Of a stretch of DNA of 64,000 nucleotides, positions 1-10,566 are shown piece by piece. Source of the stretch: a virus; the IMG/VR virus record IMGVR_UViG_3300017743_000002, positions 1 through 64,000 of that record, one strand, 5' to 3'. Each line of letters opens with the position of its first letter. Positions within the stretch are counted from its first letter, which is position 1. Both the position numbers and the translations under genes were made by a program. The notes under the pieces were generated by a model, which was not told where the DNA came from, searched no databases, and saw only the letters and a list, made by a program, of their open reading frames with translations.

Positions 1-3000
1 ACCATTATAGTATAATCTTACTCTATCGTTTCGATAGTTAAGCATGTGCCATTCGTTATTTACATCATTGTAAATACCATTAGCAGAACTCATATCGTGC
101 ATAAACACAATTCTACCACCAATAGACCATCCTTCGTATCCACCTACATCCGAACCATAAGTTGCAACAGTACCATACTGTCCACCTTCATCTCTTACAG
201 CACGTAATCCACATCCTCTATCTTGGAAGTAAAGACCTGATGAACTTCTAGCTCTAAACCAGTTGTTTACATATATACTACTTTGATTTGATGTTGATGC
301 TGGGTCTACATAGTATCCAGTATTATTTGAATCGTAATATCTACCAGCATACATTGAACCACCATTACTACTATTCTCATCAAGAACAGGAATAGTTCTC
401 CAACTTCTCCATCCACTCCAAGAACTTCTGAATCTCAAGTTAGTAATTGGTCCACCAACCATCTGCCATCCGTAACCACCAGTGTTCGAACTACGATAAT
501 GGAATGCCTGCATTCCTACCCAGTGAGATGTACCTGAAGGTTGGTTACCTGGATTACTCCAAGAATCAATGAAACCAGAACCCCAAGTTGAAACAACGTT
601 CATATCTTGTCTACCCCATCCAAATGCACCAGTCCAATAGTTAGTATCACTGGTTTGACGAGGTCTAGCTCTATAATATTCACCACTATTTCTTGTATGA
701 CCCGGCTGACCTATGTAAGCCATCGTTCTATTACTCACACCTTCGAATCTCGTAGAGTGTGCAGATGCACCATCGAAATAATAACCAGTATTATTTGAAT
801 CATAAATAATTGGTGCTCTTAATGAAGAACCTGCTTGTAGGTTGTAGTTAACATATACGTTATTTGTACCTAATGGGTCAGTAGAGTTGTTAACAGACAT
901 GACCTGCGTTGCCATATTGTAATCGTTGTAGAAACGCATACCATTGTAAGATGCGTTTGCTCCAAACTTAATACCAGTATGGAATGCGATTCTTAAATCA
1001 GGATATCTATAAGACCATCCACCACCTTCTCTATAAATAGCGTATGCAGTACTTCTACCAGATGAGAAATACATACCAAATTGATGGTCTGTAGATACAT
1101 CATATCTATTACTAAGGTAATTTGCTCTTGTTACATTGGTAATTGTTGTAGATGCAAAATCACCATAATAACCAGTGTTGTTATTATCATAGAAAAGTGG
1201 ACTTCTTACATCAGAATTATGTCTAAAGTAATCTGAGTTTAATCTCGCTACTTCATTATTTGAACCAGTACCAAATATTGTTGTTCCACCATCATAGTAG
1301 TTAATATATGTAGTATATCCACTAGCTGAATCTAAGTGTAAGTTACCATTTGTAGTTACTACCGATGCAATCGATGAATTGTTTACGAATTCTCTACCAT
1401 TACCACCGACTTGTAAGTATCTTCCCCAACTATTGTTTGGTCCAATATAAATTCTTCCTCTAAATCTTGCAGCTTGTCCAGTTGAATTAGGGTCTACATA
1501 ATATCCAGTATCATTTGAATCATAGAAAAGTGGTGCTCTATAAGAACCTCGCGCTTGTACATATCCACTTTGAGTTCTTTGTTCCCAAGTACCATTGTAT
1601 CTTAGTTCCACATATGAGTTTCTATACATTAATATAGCCCACTCATTTTCATAATCATTATAGATACCAGCTGCGTTTGAATGGTCGTGCATAAACACCC
1701 ATCCACCATTAATAGAGTATCCACCCCATCCACCTCTAGTAGAATGAGTTCTAACAGTACCATAGTTACCACCTACTGTATCTCTACCAACACTAAATTC
1801 TAATGAACTACCATCAGTATAGAAATAAGTACCATTATCATTTTGGTGTCTGATTGCCCAACTTCCACCTTGGTCTAAGAAACCAATTTCATTTGAGTTA
1901 GTTGCGTAAACATATCCTCTAGCATTGTTACCAGATGTTGTGAATAAAATTTGTGATGTAGAAGAACCAGAATATGCTCTCCAACGAGATGATGAATCAG
2001 AATACCAATGCATTCCAGTTGATTGGTTATATAAACCTTCACCACTATTATCATTTCTGAACCAGTTTCTTGCATAGATTTCAGTTGCTCTTAAACCACT
2101 ATTAAGATTTGAGAAAGATGCAGGGTCTACATAATATCCAGTATTTGATGAATCATAAAAGATTGGAGACCTCATATCTGAGTAGTGATATGCGTAATCA
2201 GAGTTTACTCTAAACATTTCACTACCACCTCTTAACACTCTTATTGCATAGTTGTTAGTTGATGCCATTCTAAGGTCAATACCATAATCATCATCACCAG
2301 TTAAGATAATACCCCAGTCATTATTATTTGGTTTATCTAACCATAATAGTGCATCATCACCAGAAGCTTGATTATCAATACCACTCAATCGTAAACCACT
2401 CATTCTAGAATTATTTCGAGGGTTTACATAGAATCCAGTATCATTTCTATCATACATGATATTTGGTCGAATATCATTAAAGTACGATGTACTAGCAAAG
2501 TTACCATAGTATGATGTATTATTTCTATCATAGTAAATATCTGCTCTTACATCATTTAAATAAGATGTAGAGGCTGGGTCTAAGTAGAAACTATTACTAT
2601 TGGAATCATAAAATCTTTGTGCGTACATGTATTCTCCAGCATATACACTTTGACCACTATAAATGTTTCTGTTAGTAGCAAGACCTGGATATGAATCAGG
2701 TACTACTTCACATGCTGTTGTTGAACCAGGATTTCCTGTTCCTGATGTTGTTAATGACCAACCAGGAGATTGGAAGTTATTTGTTATTGCGTAATATAAT
2801 GTACCAGAAGTTCTTATATAAATTTGTAAGTAATGAGTATCATATGTACCACTTTTTCTAATTCTAATGTTATTAAAAATACCATTAGAACTATACCAAG
2901 ATTTACCTAACATAGTAATTGTACCTTGTTGACCATAAGAAATACCAGCAGTAAATGACATCGAACCATGTCTACTACTATTAGTATCCCACACATTGAA

Positions 3001-6000
3001 GGTAGCATATTGTCTACCACTTCCCGTAGCAATAGTTACCCATTGTCCTGCACTTACACTTCTTGATGCGGTATCTGCTATTTCAAATCCATCAACAATT
3101 ATTTCATTTGCGTTTATTGAATTTAATCTAGATGTACCATTAGGGTCTGAATAATATCCTGTATTATTGGAATCATACATTATAGGTGTTCTTACATTTG
3201 CAGTAAAGTTACCTACTTCTGCCGTAAGTTGTGCATTATTAGCACCAGTATCACCATAAAATACAAATTCTGCACCAGTTCCATTTGGATTAGCATCAGA
3301 TACTCTAATTTCAGCATCAAATGATGTGTTGATGAATCCAATTCTATTACCTGTTAAAGTAAGAGTATTAAAATTAGATTGAGATGCTGGATTTGCGTAG
3401 AATCCAGTGTTATTTACATCATAGAAAATTGGTGCTCTATTTGAACTTCTTGTATATGCATCACCAGCTTGATTTACATACCATTGTCTTGTACCTTGTC
3501 CACCAGAACTACCAGCACTACCAGTTGTTGTCCATGCTTCAACGTGTCCACTATTTACATCGAATCTTACATATGCACCATAAGGGTTACTATTAGTCTG
3601 TCTACCATAATATTGTCCACTATAATTAATGTTACCACCAATACCTGTGTTATCATAAGTGATACCTGGCTCAGATGCCCAAAGTGTTAAATGAGCATCG
3701 TAAATATCATTACCATTATTGTAGTGTAATTGAATTCGAGTATCACCATGTCCACCTTCAACATAAAGATGATGTAATCTAGTATCAGATGATGGTTTTA
3801 CATAATATCCTGTATTATTGAAATCATAATAAATTGGATAGTATGCATAATCATTAGTATCGTATGCCGAAATACCACCATCAGTTCTTAATTGTCTATT
3901 GAAGTAGAATAATCCTCTATCGGTTTGGAAATGTGCGTATGAACTATTCATTGGCCCCATATCAACATATCCATAGTTGGTTCTCATTCTTAGAGAATTA
4001 CCACCACCTTCTTCTAACTGAGTATTTGAATCATTAATTTGATATTCACCATAAACCCTAACACCTGTTGATATAGTTCTTAACCTTTCTGCTCCATCTT
4101 CGAATAATTGTAGATAAGGACGAGAAGTATCAGTAATTAAGTAAAAAAGTGCATGGTTTGTTCCTTCATTATCTTCACCTTGGAAGTAGAAATCACCTTC
4201 ACCATGATTATAATTTTTAAAATAGTGGTTTGACCCATCATGCCAAATTCTTAAATCCGAACCATTACCAAATCTTAAAGTTTGGTTGTCTTGGAATTCC
4301 ATATTGGCGTAAATCTCAATAGGGTCATTAGAATCAGCATCAATATATCCTCTAATATCTAATTGTCCATTTACTTGAACATTATTCATTACAGATGTTG
4401 ATGCAAAATCACCATAGTAAGCAGTGTTATCACTATCGTAATAACGAGGTGCGTACATATCTTGTGCGTTTGTTGTAGTTCCACCAATTGGTACAGCTCT
4501 CATTGTTACCGTTACCTTCTTAGAAGATGAAGGTTCGGTTGAATTACTAATATTTGTTACTCTATTTCTTGCACTTCCACCAGCATCCCTTACTCTTACT
4601 TCAAATGAATTCCAATAAGATACTCTTGGCCACCAGAATGCAAGTGTACCACCATTATCAAATACCTTCATTGTAGAGAATCCAGCTTTACCTAAATGTA
4701 AACCAGAATGGTTGATAATAGTGTTAGCATATAGATAACCCTGTACCATAAAGTTAAATGGTGAGTCTGCTGAATAACTTTTACCAGTTGCTTCTAATAC
4801 AAACGATGCTCCGTTTGTAGTATTTGATGTAATATCAGTTTGTACTAATGTACCAGATGTAAAATCAGAACCAGAATGTTTTTTATGTATGAATTCACTA
4901 CCATATGTGTTTTCTGCATGATATAATCTAGAAGTTGAAGCAAAATTACCATAATAAGCAGTATCATTTGAATCATAGAATATTGGTGCTCTTTTAGAAG
5001 TTTCGGAGTATGAATTACCACTACTATCGAAATAAGTTCTGTTTGAACTACCTCCACCTGGTCTTAGTTCTAAATTACCACCATTATATGATGCAATATC
5101 CCAAGAAACTGCTCCATTATCTTGCAATCTTATATAAGACCAATTATTATTAGAATCCAAATCTATTCTAGCATATGATGCACTATCAACTCTAAATCCA
5201 TCTGCTCTAGTAGTTCTTACTTGACCTAATGTTTGAAAAGATACTCCTGTTGTATTAGGGTCTACATAAGTTCCAGTATTATTAGAATCATAAAATATTG
5301 GTGCTCTTGATGAACCTGCAGCTTCTACATTACCACTTGAGTCTACTAACATTCTCCAACTACCCCAACCACCATTTCTATATCCTCGATTAGATGTAAT
5401 AGCGTAAGAATCTGAAGTTTGGTAATAACCACTTGTCCAAGTTTGTGAAGTTAGTGGTGATGAGAATAATAAAGCAGGTCTATCAGTTCCAGAAATACCA
5501 CCCCCTCTTATTTCTTGAACAACACCCCAAGAATGATTTGCGTATGTATTTTCTACTATTAAAGTTGTATTGTTTCCGGGAGCTGAACCAGTTTTAGTAA
5601 TTTGCATTACAGGTCCATTTGATTTACCAAAATTAGAGAAGTCATTTGGGTTTACATAATACGCAGTATCATTTGAATCATAGAAAATAGGTGCTCTAAA
5701 TGAGTTATTAGCTTGAACATATCCTCTATAAATTCTCATTTGCTCTGCCCAACCAGAACCTAAGTTCTGCCACATACTCATATATGAAGAGTTTTGGTCA
5801 ATAGCACCTAAAGCTGTATTACCAGATGTGTACCAAGTTGATACTGAGTTAGATGGTCCTTCAAAATTAATTACTCTACTATTAGAACCACCCCCAATTG
5901 TATTTGCAAATGTTGTACCATCAGGCGATGTATCAATTGAACCACCACCATATGCTCTAAAATTATTTTTTACTTGTACTTCATTATTATTTATTTCTAA

Positions 6001-9000
6001 TCGTTCACCACCACCAGTTACAACTCTAAAATTATCTGCAGATTGGAATTGAATGTATGTGTTAGTATCACCATCGTGGAAAATACGGTCATTTAATCCA
6101 ATATCTTCAACATTAAGAAGTTGTTGGTTATTTGCATTTAAAGAGGCACCAAGTTTAACGTAAGTATCGTTAACTTCCAACATTTCTGTACCACCAGTAA
6201 CAATTCTAAATTGATTAGCATCATGGAATTGTAAATAAGTATCGGTATCACCTTGACTATAAATTCTATCATCTAAATATATGTTTTCAACAGTATTTAA
6301 ATTACCATTACCTAAGTTTAGTCCAGCAAATTGAGGTGAATCTGATGTACGAACATTCTGATTCATTAAATAAACCTCAGTTGTACCTTGTCCAGTATTA
6401 ATATTTGCTGCGGTTATTGTGCCATTGAAAGCTACGGTTGTTCCACTATATGAATAACTAAATACTTCATTATTTGTACCAGCTTCTCTATTAAAGAATG
6501 TAATTCTATCTGAAGTTTCACCATTGATAAATCCAGGTGAACCATCTCCATTGTAAGAAATACCACCACCATAAGTTGATGATTGTCCTACATAAAGGTA
6601 ACCAGTACCTTGTGAGTTACCGTATGCTTCAAAACCTGCTTTATTAGAATCACCTGCAAGAACTCGAACTACTGAATCTGCACTCTTTGAAGTACTACCT
6701 ACTGTAACATCATCAAAAGTTACATCATCAGATGTACGAACATTTTGGTTCATTAAATAAACCTCAGTTGCACCTTGTCCAGTATCTACTGTGTTTGAGT
6801 AGAATGTACCAGCAACATACATCGTATATGATGTATTTAATGTACCTTGTCCAAATGTAAAGTTACCACTTCCATTTAATCCAAATACTGCTCTTGTGTT
6901 ACTTGCATCACTTTCAATAAAGTTTACTAAATGGTCTGAATAAATCGATAGATTATTCTCATTAGTAATTTTAGTTATTGCTCCAACCGTTTCATCTAAG
7001 ATTAATGTACCACCTCTTGCATTTAAGTTCCCGGTTGCTGTTAAATCATCATCAGCGTACCATGAATCTATTGATTCTCTCCAATAGAATTTTTTAGTTG
7101 CTGAAGAACCTCTTAATATCTCAATACCACCATCCTCCGAAGGAGTACCAGTTGTAAAGTTTGAATTAAGAGTTATAATATTATCTGCTAACTGAATAGT
7201 TTCGGTATTCACAATTGTTTGAGTACCTGTTACATTCAGATTACCTGTTATGTTTAATGTTGTACCATCAAAAGTAAGATTACTTTCAACAGTTCCGTTT
7301 GGTGCTGAACCATTAAGTGTGATTACACCATTATCAGTATTACCTGTTAATGCTAATAATCCATCTGTACCACTTTCTCCAGAAGTTCCAGAAGTTCCAG
7401 ATGTACCAGACGTTCCAGATGTACCACTTGTTCCAGATGTACCACTTGTTCCAGAAGAACCCGATGAACCCGATGAACCAGAAGAACCACTTGAGCCACT
7501 TGAACCAGAACTACCACTACTTCCAGAAGAACCTGAAGAACCTTCAGCTCCAGAAACACCACTTGTTCCAGATGTTCCACTTGAACCACTTGAACCAGAA
7601 CTACCACTAGAACCAGAACTACCACTACTTCCAGAAGAACCTGAAGAACCACTACTTCCACTTGTACCATCAGAACCTACTACACCAGCTGCTCCATCAA
7701 CTCCACTCGAACCACTTGTTCCACTTGTTCCGCTTGTTCCACTTGTTCCACTACTCCCAGATGAACCTGATGAGCCAGAAGAACCTGATGTTCCTCCACT
7801 ACCAGCAGTACCTGGAGTACCATCACCACCACCAGCTCCAGTTAAACCAGAAGAACCAGATGTTCCAGATGTACCCGAAGAACCACTACTTCCACTACTT
7901 CCACTTGTTCCATCTTCACCATCAGTACCATCTATACCAGATGAACCACTTGAACCAGATGAACCTGAAGAACCAGATGAACCAGATGTACCTTGAGCTC
8001 CACCAACACCTGAAGAACCAGATGAACCTGAAGAACCACTACTTCCAGATGAACCACTTGAACCAGATGTTCCACTTATCCCAGACGAACCACTTGTTCC
8101 ATCTTCACCATCTACACCATCTACACCATCAACTCCATCTGCACCAGAAGAACCAGATGAACCACTACTTCCAGATGAACCACTACTTCCAGATGAACCA
8201 CTACTTCCAGATGAGCCACTTGTTGCACTTGTTCCACTTGAACCAGATGAACCAGAACTTCCACTTGTACCTCCACTTCCTGCAGTACCATCGGTTCCAG
8301 ATGAACCCGATGAGCCAGAAGAACCCGATGAACCAGAAGAACCAGAAGAACCAGATGTTCCAGATGTTCCAGATGTACCTGAAGTTCCACTACTTCCACT
8401 TGAACCGCTACTACCAGAAGTACCATCAGTACCATCTATCCCAGATGAACCAGATGTACCACTTGTTCCAGAAGTTCCAGAAGTTCCAGAAGTTCCAGAT
8501 GTACCAGACGTTCCAGATGTTCCAGATGTTCCAGCAGTACCAGCTGCTGGTTCCCATTCTGAACCTGTGTATCTAAATATGTTAGTATCAGTTGAGTTAT
8601 AATATAATTGTCCAACTACACCACCAGATGGTTCTGAACTAAAGACTGGAATTACTACCGAATCTTTAATTAATACTGAACCTGTAAATTGATGTGAATC
8701 AGTACTTTCATCACCAAACACATTCGAACCCGATGCGTAAATTACTGATGATGAAATAAATGTTGTTATTAATTCAGTTGATGTTATTGTTCCACCTACT
8801 GATAAATCGTTTCCGATTGTTAAATCGTTATCTATTTGTGCATTATTCTTAAAAATACCACTACCAGTTACAATTAAAAATTTATCAATTGTAGTACCTG
8901 TGTTTATTCTTAAACCTTTATTTTCAGAAATTACAGCTTCTGCTGAACCTGATTTTAATCTATCGATATCACCTAATGCTGATGCTGGTACATTATATAA

Positions 9001-9369
9001 ACCACTACCATCACCATCATATCTTGATGCTGATACATTTGAACTTATATTTAATGAACCTGTTATTGTAGTATTACCAGTTACATCAAATGTAGTTCCA
9101 CTTTCAACTGATGCGGTTGCTGAACCTTCTGCTATTCTTGCTATATCACCAGTAAGAGCTGATGTTGGTATATTATTTAATTCTGAACCATCTCCTCTGA
9201 AAGAACCACTAAAAGAAGATGCAGTTACACTATTATCTACATTTAAAGACGTATTGATATCAACCGAAGATGTAGATATAGTTGCTTGTTCTACACCTTG
9301 AACATCAATCGAAAGTAAACTTTGACTGACCTGATTGATTCCGTTTGGGTTCTTTCCTCCGTATTCCAT
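1..9369 (-). CDS. Giant tail-fibre-like virion protein, at least 3123 aa, 3' end outside the window
   Basis: ATG at 9369 (MEYGGKNPNGINQVSQSLL...) preceded by GAGG. The ORF track lists no stop-terminated ORF in this frame, and manual translation at both ends is open (...VFMHDMSSANGIYNDVNNEWHMLNYRNDRVRLYYNG at base 1). Contains an SGS-rich N-terminus, a Gly-X-Y tract and about 15 YDxxxTxYYxxP repeats. Confidence 0.88.
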   Translation of the reverse strand, partial: MEYGGKNPNGINQVSQSLLSIDVQGVEQATISTSSVDINTSLNVDNSVTASSFSGSFRGDGSELNNIPTSALTGDIARIAEGSATASVESGTTFDVTGNTTITGSLNISSNVSASRYDGDGSGLYNVPASALGDIDRLKSGSAEAVISENKGLRINTGTTIDKFLIVTGSGIFKNNAQIDNDLTIGNDLSVGGTITSTELITTFISSSVIYASGSNVFGDESTDSHQFTGSVLIKDSVVIPVFSSEPSGGVVGQLYYNSTDTNIFRYTGSEWEPAAGTAGTSGTSGTSGTSGTSGTSGTSGTSGTSGSSGIDGTDGTSGSSGSSGSSGTSGTSGTSGTSGSSGSSGSSGSSGSSGSSGTDGTAGSGGTSGSSGSSGSSGTSATSGSSGSSGSSGSSGSSGSSGSSGSSGADGVDGVDGVDGEDGTSGSSGISGTSGSSGSSGSSGSSGSSGSSGVGGAQGTSGSSGSSGSSGSSGSSGIDGTDGEDGTSGSSGSSGSSGTSGTSGSSGLTGAGGGDGTPGTAGSGGTSGSSGSSGSSGSSGTSGTSGTSGTSGSSGVDGAAGVVGSDGTSGSSGSSGSSGSSGSSGSSGSSGSSGSSGTSGTSGVSGAEGSSGSSGSSGSSGSSGSSGSSGSSGSSGSSGTSGTSGTSGTSGTSGTSGTSGTSGESGTDGLLALTGNTDNGVITLNGSAPNGTVESNLTFDGTTLNITGNLNVTGTQTIVNTETIQLADNIITLNSNFTTGTPSEDGGIEILRGSSATKKFYWRESIDSWYADDDLTATGNLNARGGTLILDETVGAITKITNENNLSIYSDHLVNFIESDASNTRAVFGLNGSGNFTFGQGTLNTSYTMYVAGTFYSNTVDTGQGATEVYLMNQNVRTSDDVTFDDVTVGSTSKSADSVVRVLAGDSNKAGFEAYGNSQGTGYLYVGQSSTYGGGISYNGDGSPGFINGETSDRITFFNREAGTNNEVFSYSYSGTTVAFNGTITAANINTGQGTTEVYLMNQNVRTSDSPQFAGLNLGNGNLNTVENIYLDDRIYSQGDTDTYLQFHDANQFRIVTGGTEMLEVNDTYVKLGASLNANNQQLLNVEDIGLNDRIFHDGDTNTYIQFQSADNFRVVTGGGERLEINNNEVQVKNNFRAYGGGSIDTSPDGTTFANTIGGGSNSRVINFEGPSNSVSTWYTSGNTALGAIDQNSSYMSMWQNLGSGWAEQMRIYRGYVQANNSFRAPIFYDSNDTAYYVNPNDFSNFGKSNGPVMQITKTGSAPGNNTTLIVENTYANHSWGVVQEIRGGGISGTDRPALLFSSPLTSQTWTSGYYQTSDSYAITSNRGYRNGGWGSWRMLVDSSGNVEAAGSSRAPIFYDSNNTGTYVDPNTTGVSFQTLGQVRTTRADGFRVDSASYARIDLDSNNNWSYIRLQDNGAVSWDIASYNGGNLELRPGGGSSNRTYFDSSGNSYSETSKRAPIFYDSNDTAYYGNFASTSRLYHAENTYGSEFIHKKHSGSDFTSGTLVQTDITSNTTNGASFVLEATGKSYSADSPFNFMVQGYLYANTIINHSGLHLGKAGFSTMKVFDNGGTLAFWWPRVSYWNSFEVRVRDAGGSARNRVTNISNSTEPSSSKKVTVTMRAVPIGGTTTNAQDMYAPRYYDSDNTAYYGDFASTSVMNNVQVNGQLDIRGYIDADSNDPIEIYANMEFQDNQTLRFGNGSDLRIWHDGSNHYFKNYNHGEGDFYFQGEDNEGTNHALFYLITDTSRPYLQLFEDGAERLRTISTGVRVYGEYQINDSNTQLEEGGGNSLRMRTNYGYVDMGPMNSSYAHFQTDRGLFYFNRQLRTDGGISAYDTNDYAYYPIYYDFNNTGYYVKPSSDTRLHHLYVEGGHGDTRIQLHYNNGNDIYDAHLTLWASEPGITYDNTGIGGNINYSGQYYGRQTNSNPYGAYVRFDVNSGHVEAWTTTGSAGSSGGQGTRQWYVNQAGDAYTRSSNRAPIFYDVNNTGFYANPASQSNFNTLTLTGNRIGFINTSFDAEIRVSDANPNGTGAEFVFYGDTGANNAQLTAEVGNFTANVRTPIMYDSNNTGYYSDPNGTSRLNSINANEIIVDGFEIADTASRSVSAGQWVTIATGSGRQYATFNVWDTNSSRHGSMSFTAGISYGQQGTITMLGKSWYSSNGIFNNIRIRKSGTYDTHYLQIYIRTSGTLYYAITNNFQSPGWSLTTSGTGNPGSTTACEVVPDSYPGLATNRNIYSGQSVYAGEYMYAQRFYDSNSNSFYLDPASTSYLNDVRADIYYDRNNTSYYGNFASTSYFNDIRPNIMYDRNDTGFYVNPRNNSRMSGLRLSGIDNQASGDDALLWLDKPNNNDWGIILTGDDDYGIDLRMASTNNYAIRVLRGGSEMFRVNSDYAYHYSDMRSPIFYDSSNTGYYVDPASFSNLNSGLRATEIYARNWFRNDNSGEGLYNQSTGMHWYSDSSSRWRAYSGSSTSQILFTTSGNNARGYVYATNSNEIGFLDQGGSWAIRHQNDNGTYFYTDGSSLEFSVGRDTVGGNYGTVRTHSTRGGWGGYSINGGWVFMHDHSNAAGIYNDYENEWAILMYRNSYVELRYNGTWEQRTQSGYVQARGSYRAPLFYDSNDTGYYVDPNSTGQAARFRGRIYIGPNNSWGRYLQVGGNGREFVNNSSIASVVTTNGNLHLDSASGYTTYINYYDGGTTIFGTGSNNEVARLNSDYFRHNSDVRSPLFYDNNNTGYYGDFASTTITNVTRANYLSNRYDVSTDHQFGMYFSSGRSTAYAIYREGGGWSYRYPDLRIAFHTGIKFGANASYNGMRFYNDYNMATQVMSVNNSTDPLGTNNVYVNYNLQAGSSLRAPIIYDSNNTGYYFDGASAHSTRFEGVSNRTMAYIGQPGHTRNSGEYYRARPRQTSDTNYWTGAFGWGRQDMNVVSTWGSGFIDSWSNPGNQPSGTSHWVGMQAFHYRSSNTGGYGWQMVGGPITNLRFRSSWSGWRSWRTIPVLDENSSNGGSMYAGRYYDSNNTGYYVDPASTSNQSSIYVNNWFRARSSSGLYFQDRGCGLRAVRDEGGQYGTVATYGSDVGGYEGWSIGGRIVFMHDMSSANGIYNDVNNEWHMLNYRNDRVRLYYNG
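300..5700 (-). repeat. About 15 dispersed 'APIFYDSNNTGYYVDP'-type peptide repeats separating variable modules
   Basis: Copies read near 320, 790, 1180, 1510, 2140, 2440, 2520, 2595, 3165, 3410, 3815, 4425, 4965, 5280 and 5670 (e.g. FYDSNDTGYYVDP, YYDSDNTAYYGDF). Confidence 0.85.
7362..8547 (-). repeat. Gly-X-Y (GTS/GSS) low-complexity tract of about 395 aa, almost proline-free
   Basis: 9-nt periodic DNA (e.g. ccagatgtt, ccactactt) translating on the minus strand to GTSGTSGSSG... Confidence 0.95.
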
Positions 9370-9379
9370 TAACCTCTAT

Positions 9380-9712
9380 TTATGATATCTCTAATACTGA
9401 TAAAATAACATCTGCCGAACTATTAACATTAGATGTCACTGTTATTGAATCGTTTGCCTCTAAAACTACTTTTTGGTCACCACCAACTAAAACTGCCGAT
9501 GAACCATTTGGGATAACTGCTCCTTTTACTAAATATTTAGTAACACTAGCAGAATTATCGGTTATTTGTACATCTACATAAATGTTTTGAGATACAATAT
9601 TTGCTACATTTACACCAATCACAGTTGTTGATGTTGCAGCTGGTGTTGTATAAACACTCAATCCACCTGTTCCTGCAGGTCCTTTTATACTATTTTTAAA
9701 TACATTTGCCAT
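9380..9712 (-). CDS. Small beta-rich virion structural protein (110 aa)
   Basis: Pattern 'FKN..VYTTP..T.VIG..VAN...YLVK..IP..S.....KVVLE..D.I.V....ADVILSVLE' is common in phage tail regions. Paralogous to both ends of 22284..23144. Confidence 0.7.
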   Translation of the reverse strand: MANVFKNSIKGPAGTGGLSVYTTPAATSTTVIGVNVANIVSQNIYVDVQITDNSASVTKYLVKGAVIPNGSSAVLVGGDQKVVLEANDSITVTSNVNSSADVILSVLEIS

Positions 9713-9716
9713 ATCT

Positions 9717-10049
9717 TTATCCTAATGCTATTGAAAATGCCAACGCAGAATCTAATACATCTACACCTTCAACTGTAAATGCGTTTCCATTTGTTACATT
9801 TATTGAACCACTTACTTGAACTGAACCACTATTAATAATATTTACACCACCATCAGTATTTTCCGTACCAACGTTTAATGTTTGTTTTACAGTTAAATTA
9901 CTAAATTCAGCCTGCTCAACTGTAATATCACCAATAAATGAACCACTAAGTGAACCTGTAAATGAACCAGTGAATGAACCACTCAAATCAGCGTATGCCG
10001 AAGGAGCTTGTGTAATCGAACCGGAAAAACTAGGTTGGTCTATTCTCAT
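9717..10049 (-). CDS. Small SGS-rich virion protein (110 aa) ending in ALAFSIALG
   Basis: SGSFTGSFTGSLSGSF repeats, a hydrophobic C-terminal motif seen in phage tail proteins, and its own upstream TATTTATA motif. Confidence 0.65.
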   Translation of the reverse strand: MRIDQPSFSGSITQAPSAYADLSGSFTGSFTGSLSGSFIGDITVEQAEFSNLTVKQTLNVGTENTDGGVNIINSGSVQVSGSINVTNGNAFTVEGVDVLDSALAFSIALG

Positions 10050-10071
10050 TGATAATTATCGTTTTCTTTGA

Positions 10072-10079
10072 TATAAATA
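10072..10079 (-). promoter_or_regulatory. Candidate late promoter TATTTATA
   Basis: Intergenic, 22 nt upstream of ATG 10049; same 8-mer recurs before other genes. Confidence 0.6.
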
Positions 10080-10101
10080 TCAAATAAATATCTTTTACCT
10101 T

Positions 10102-10560
10102 TTAAGATGGCTTTGTAGGCCATACAATATTATAAGGGTCTGATTGTGTTGTTACATCTCTTAAAGATTGTCTATAATTTTGCCAATCAGTTAGTTGAGA
10201 ACCTGTGATTGGTGAATCTTGAAATTGAGTCCAATCAGAATTACTCAATAATGTATTTCTACTATCTCTTATATCAGACCACTTTATTTCTTTTCTTGTA
10301 TTTATTGTAGCTTCATCTGCATCTGATATTTCATATGTTTGTACATATACTGAACCAGATAAAGTTGGAGTTACTTCTACTACATCTTTAGTGTAATCAT
10401 CGTCATAACCACTATCTTTTAATTCAACATTATATACACCAAAAGTTTCCAATAAACTATCTGTGATAATTGTTGGAAAACTTGTATTCTGATTATCAAT
10501 TTTTAAATTTTGAACCGAATATGGATATGTTATAGTTGAACCTGATACTTTTAGATACAT
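10102..10560 (-). CDS. Tail fibre assembly chaperone-like protein
   Basis: C-terminal 'IRDSRNTLLSNSDWTQ..D.P...WQNYRQSLRDVT.Q..P....WP.KP' matches the phage tail assembly chaperone signature. Lies downstream of a fibre gene. Confidence 0.8.
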   Translation of the reverse strand: MYLKVSGSTITYPYSVQNLKIDNQNTSFPTIITDSLLETFGVYNVELKDSGYDDDYTKDVVEVTPTLSGSVYVQTYEISDADEATINTRKEIKWSDIRDSRNTLLSNSDWTQFQDSPITGSQLTDWQNYRQSLRDVTTQSDPYNIVWPTKPS

Positions 10561-10566
10561 AATATT

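Noticed and set aside
7250-8576. Plus-strand 248-aa and 304-aa ORFs and minus-strand off-frame VVVLQ ORFs
   Set aside because: Same shadow effect over the first Gly-X-Y tract of the 1-9369 gene.
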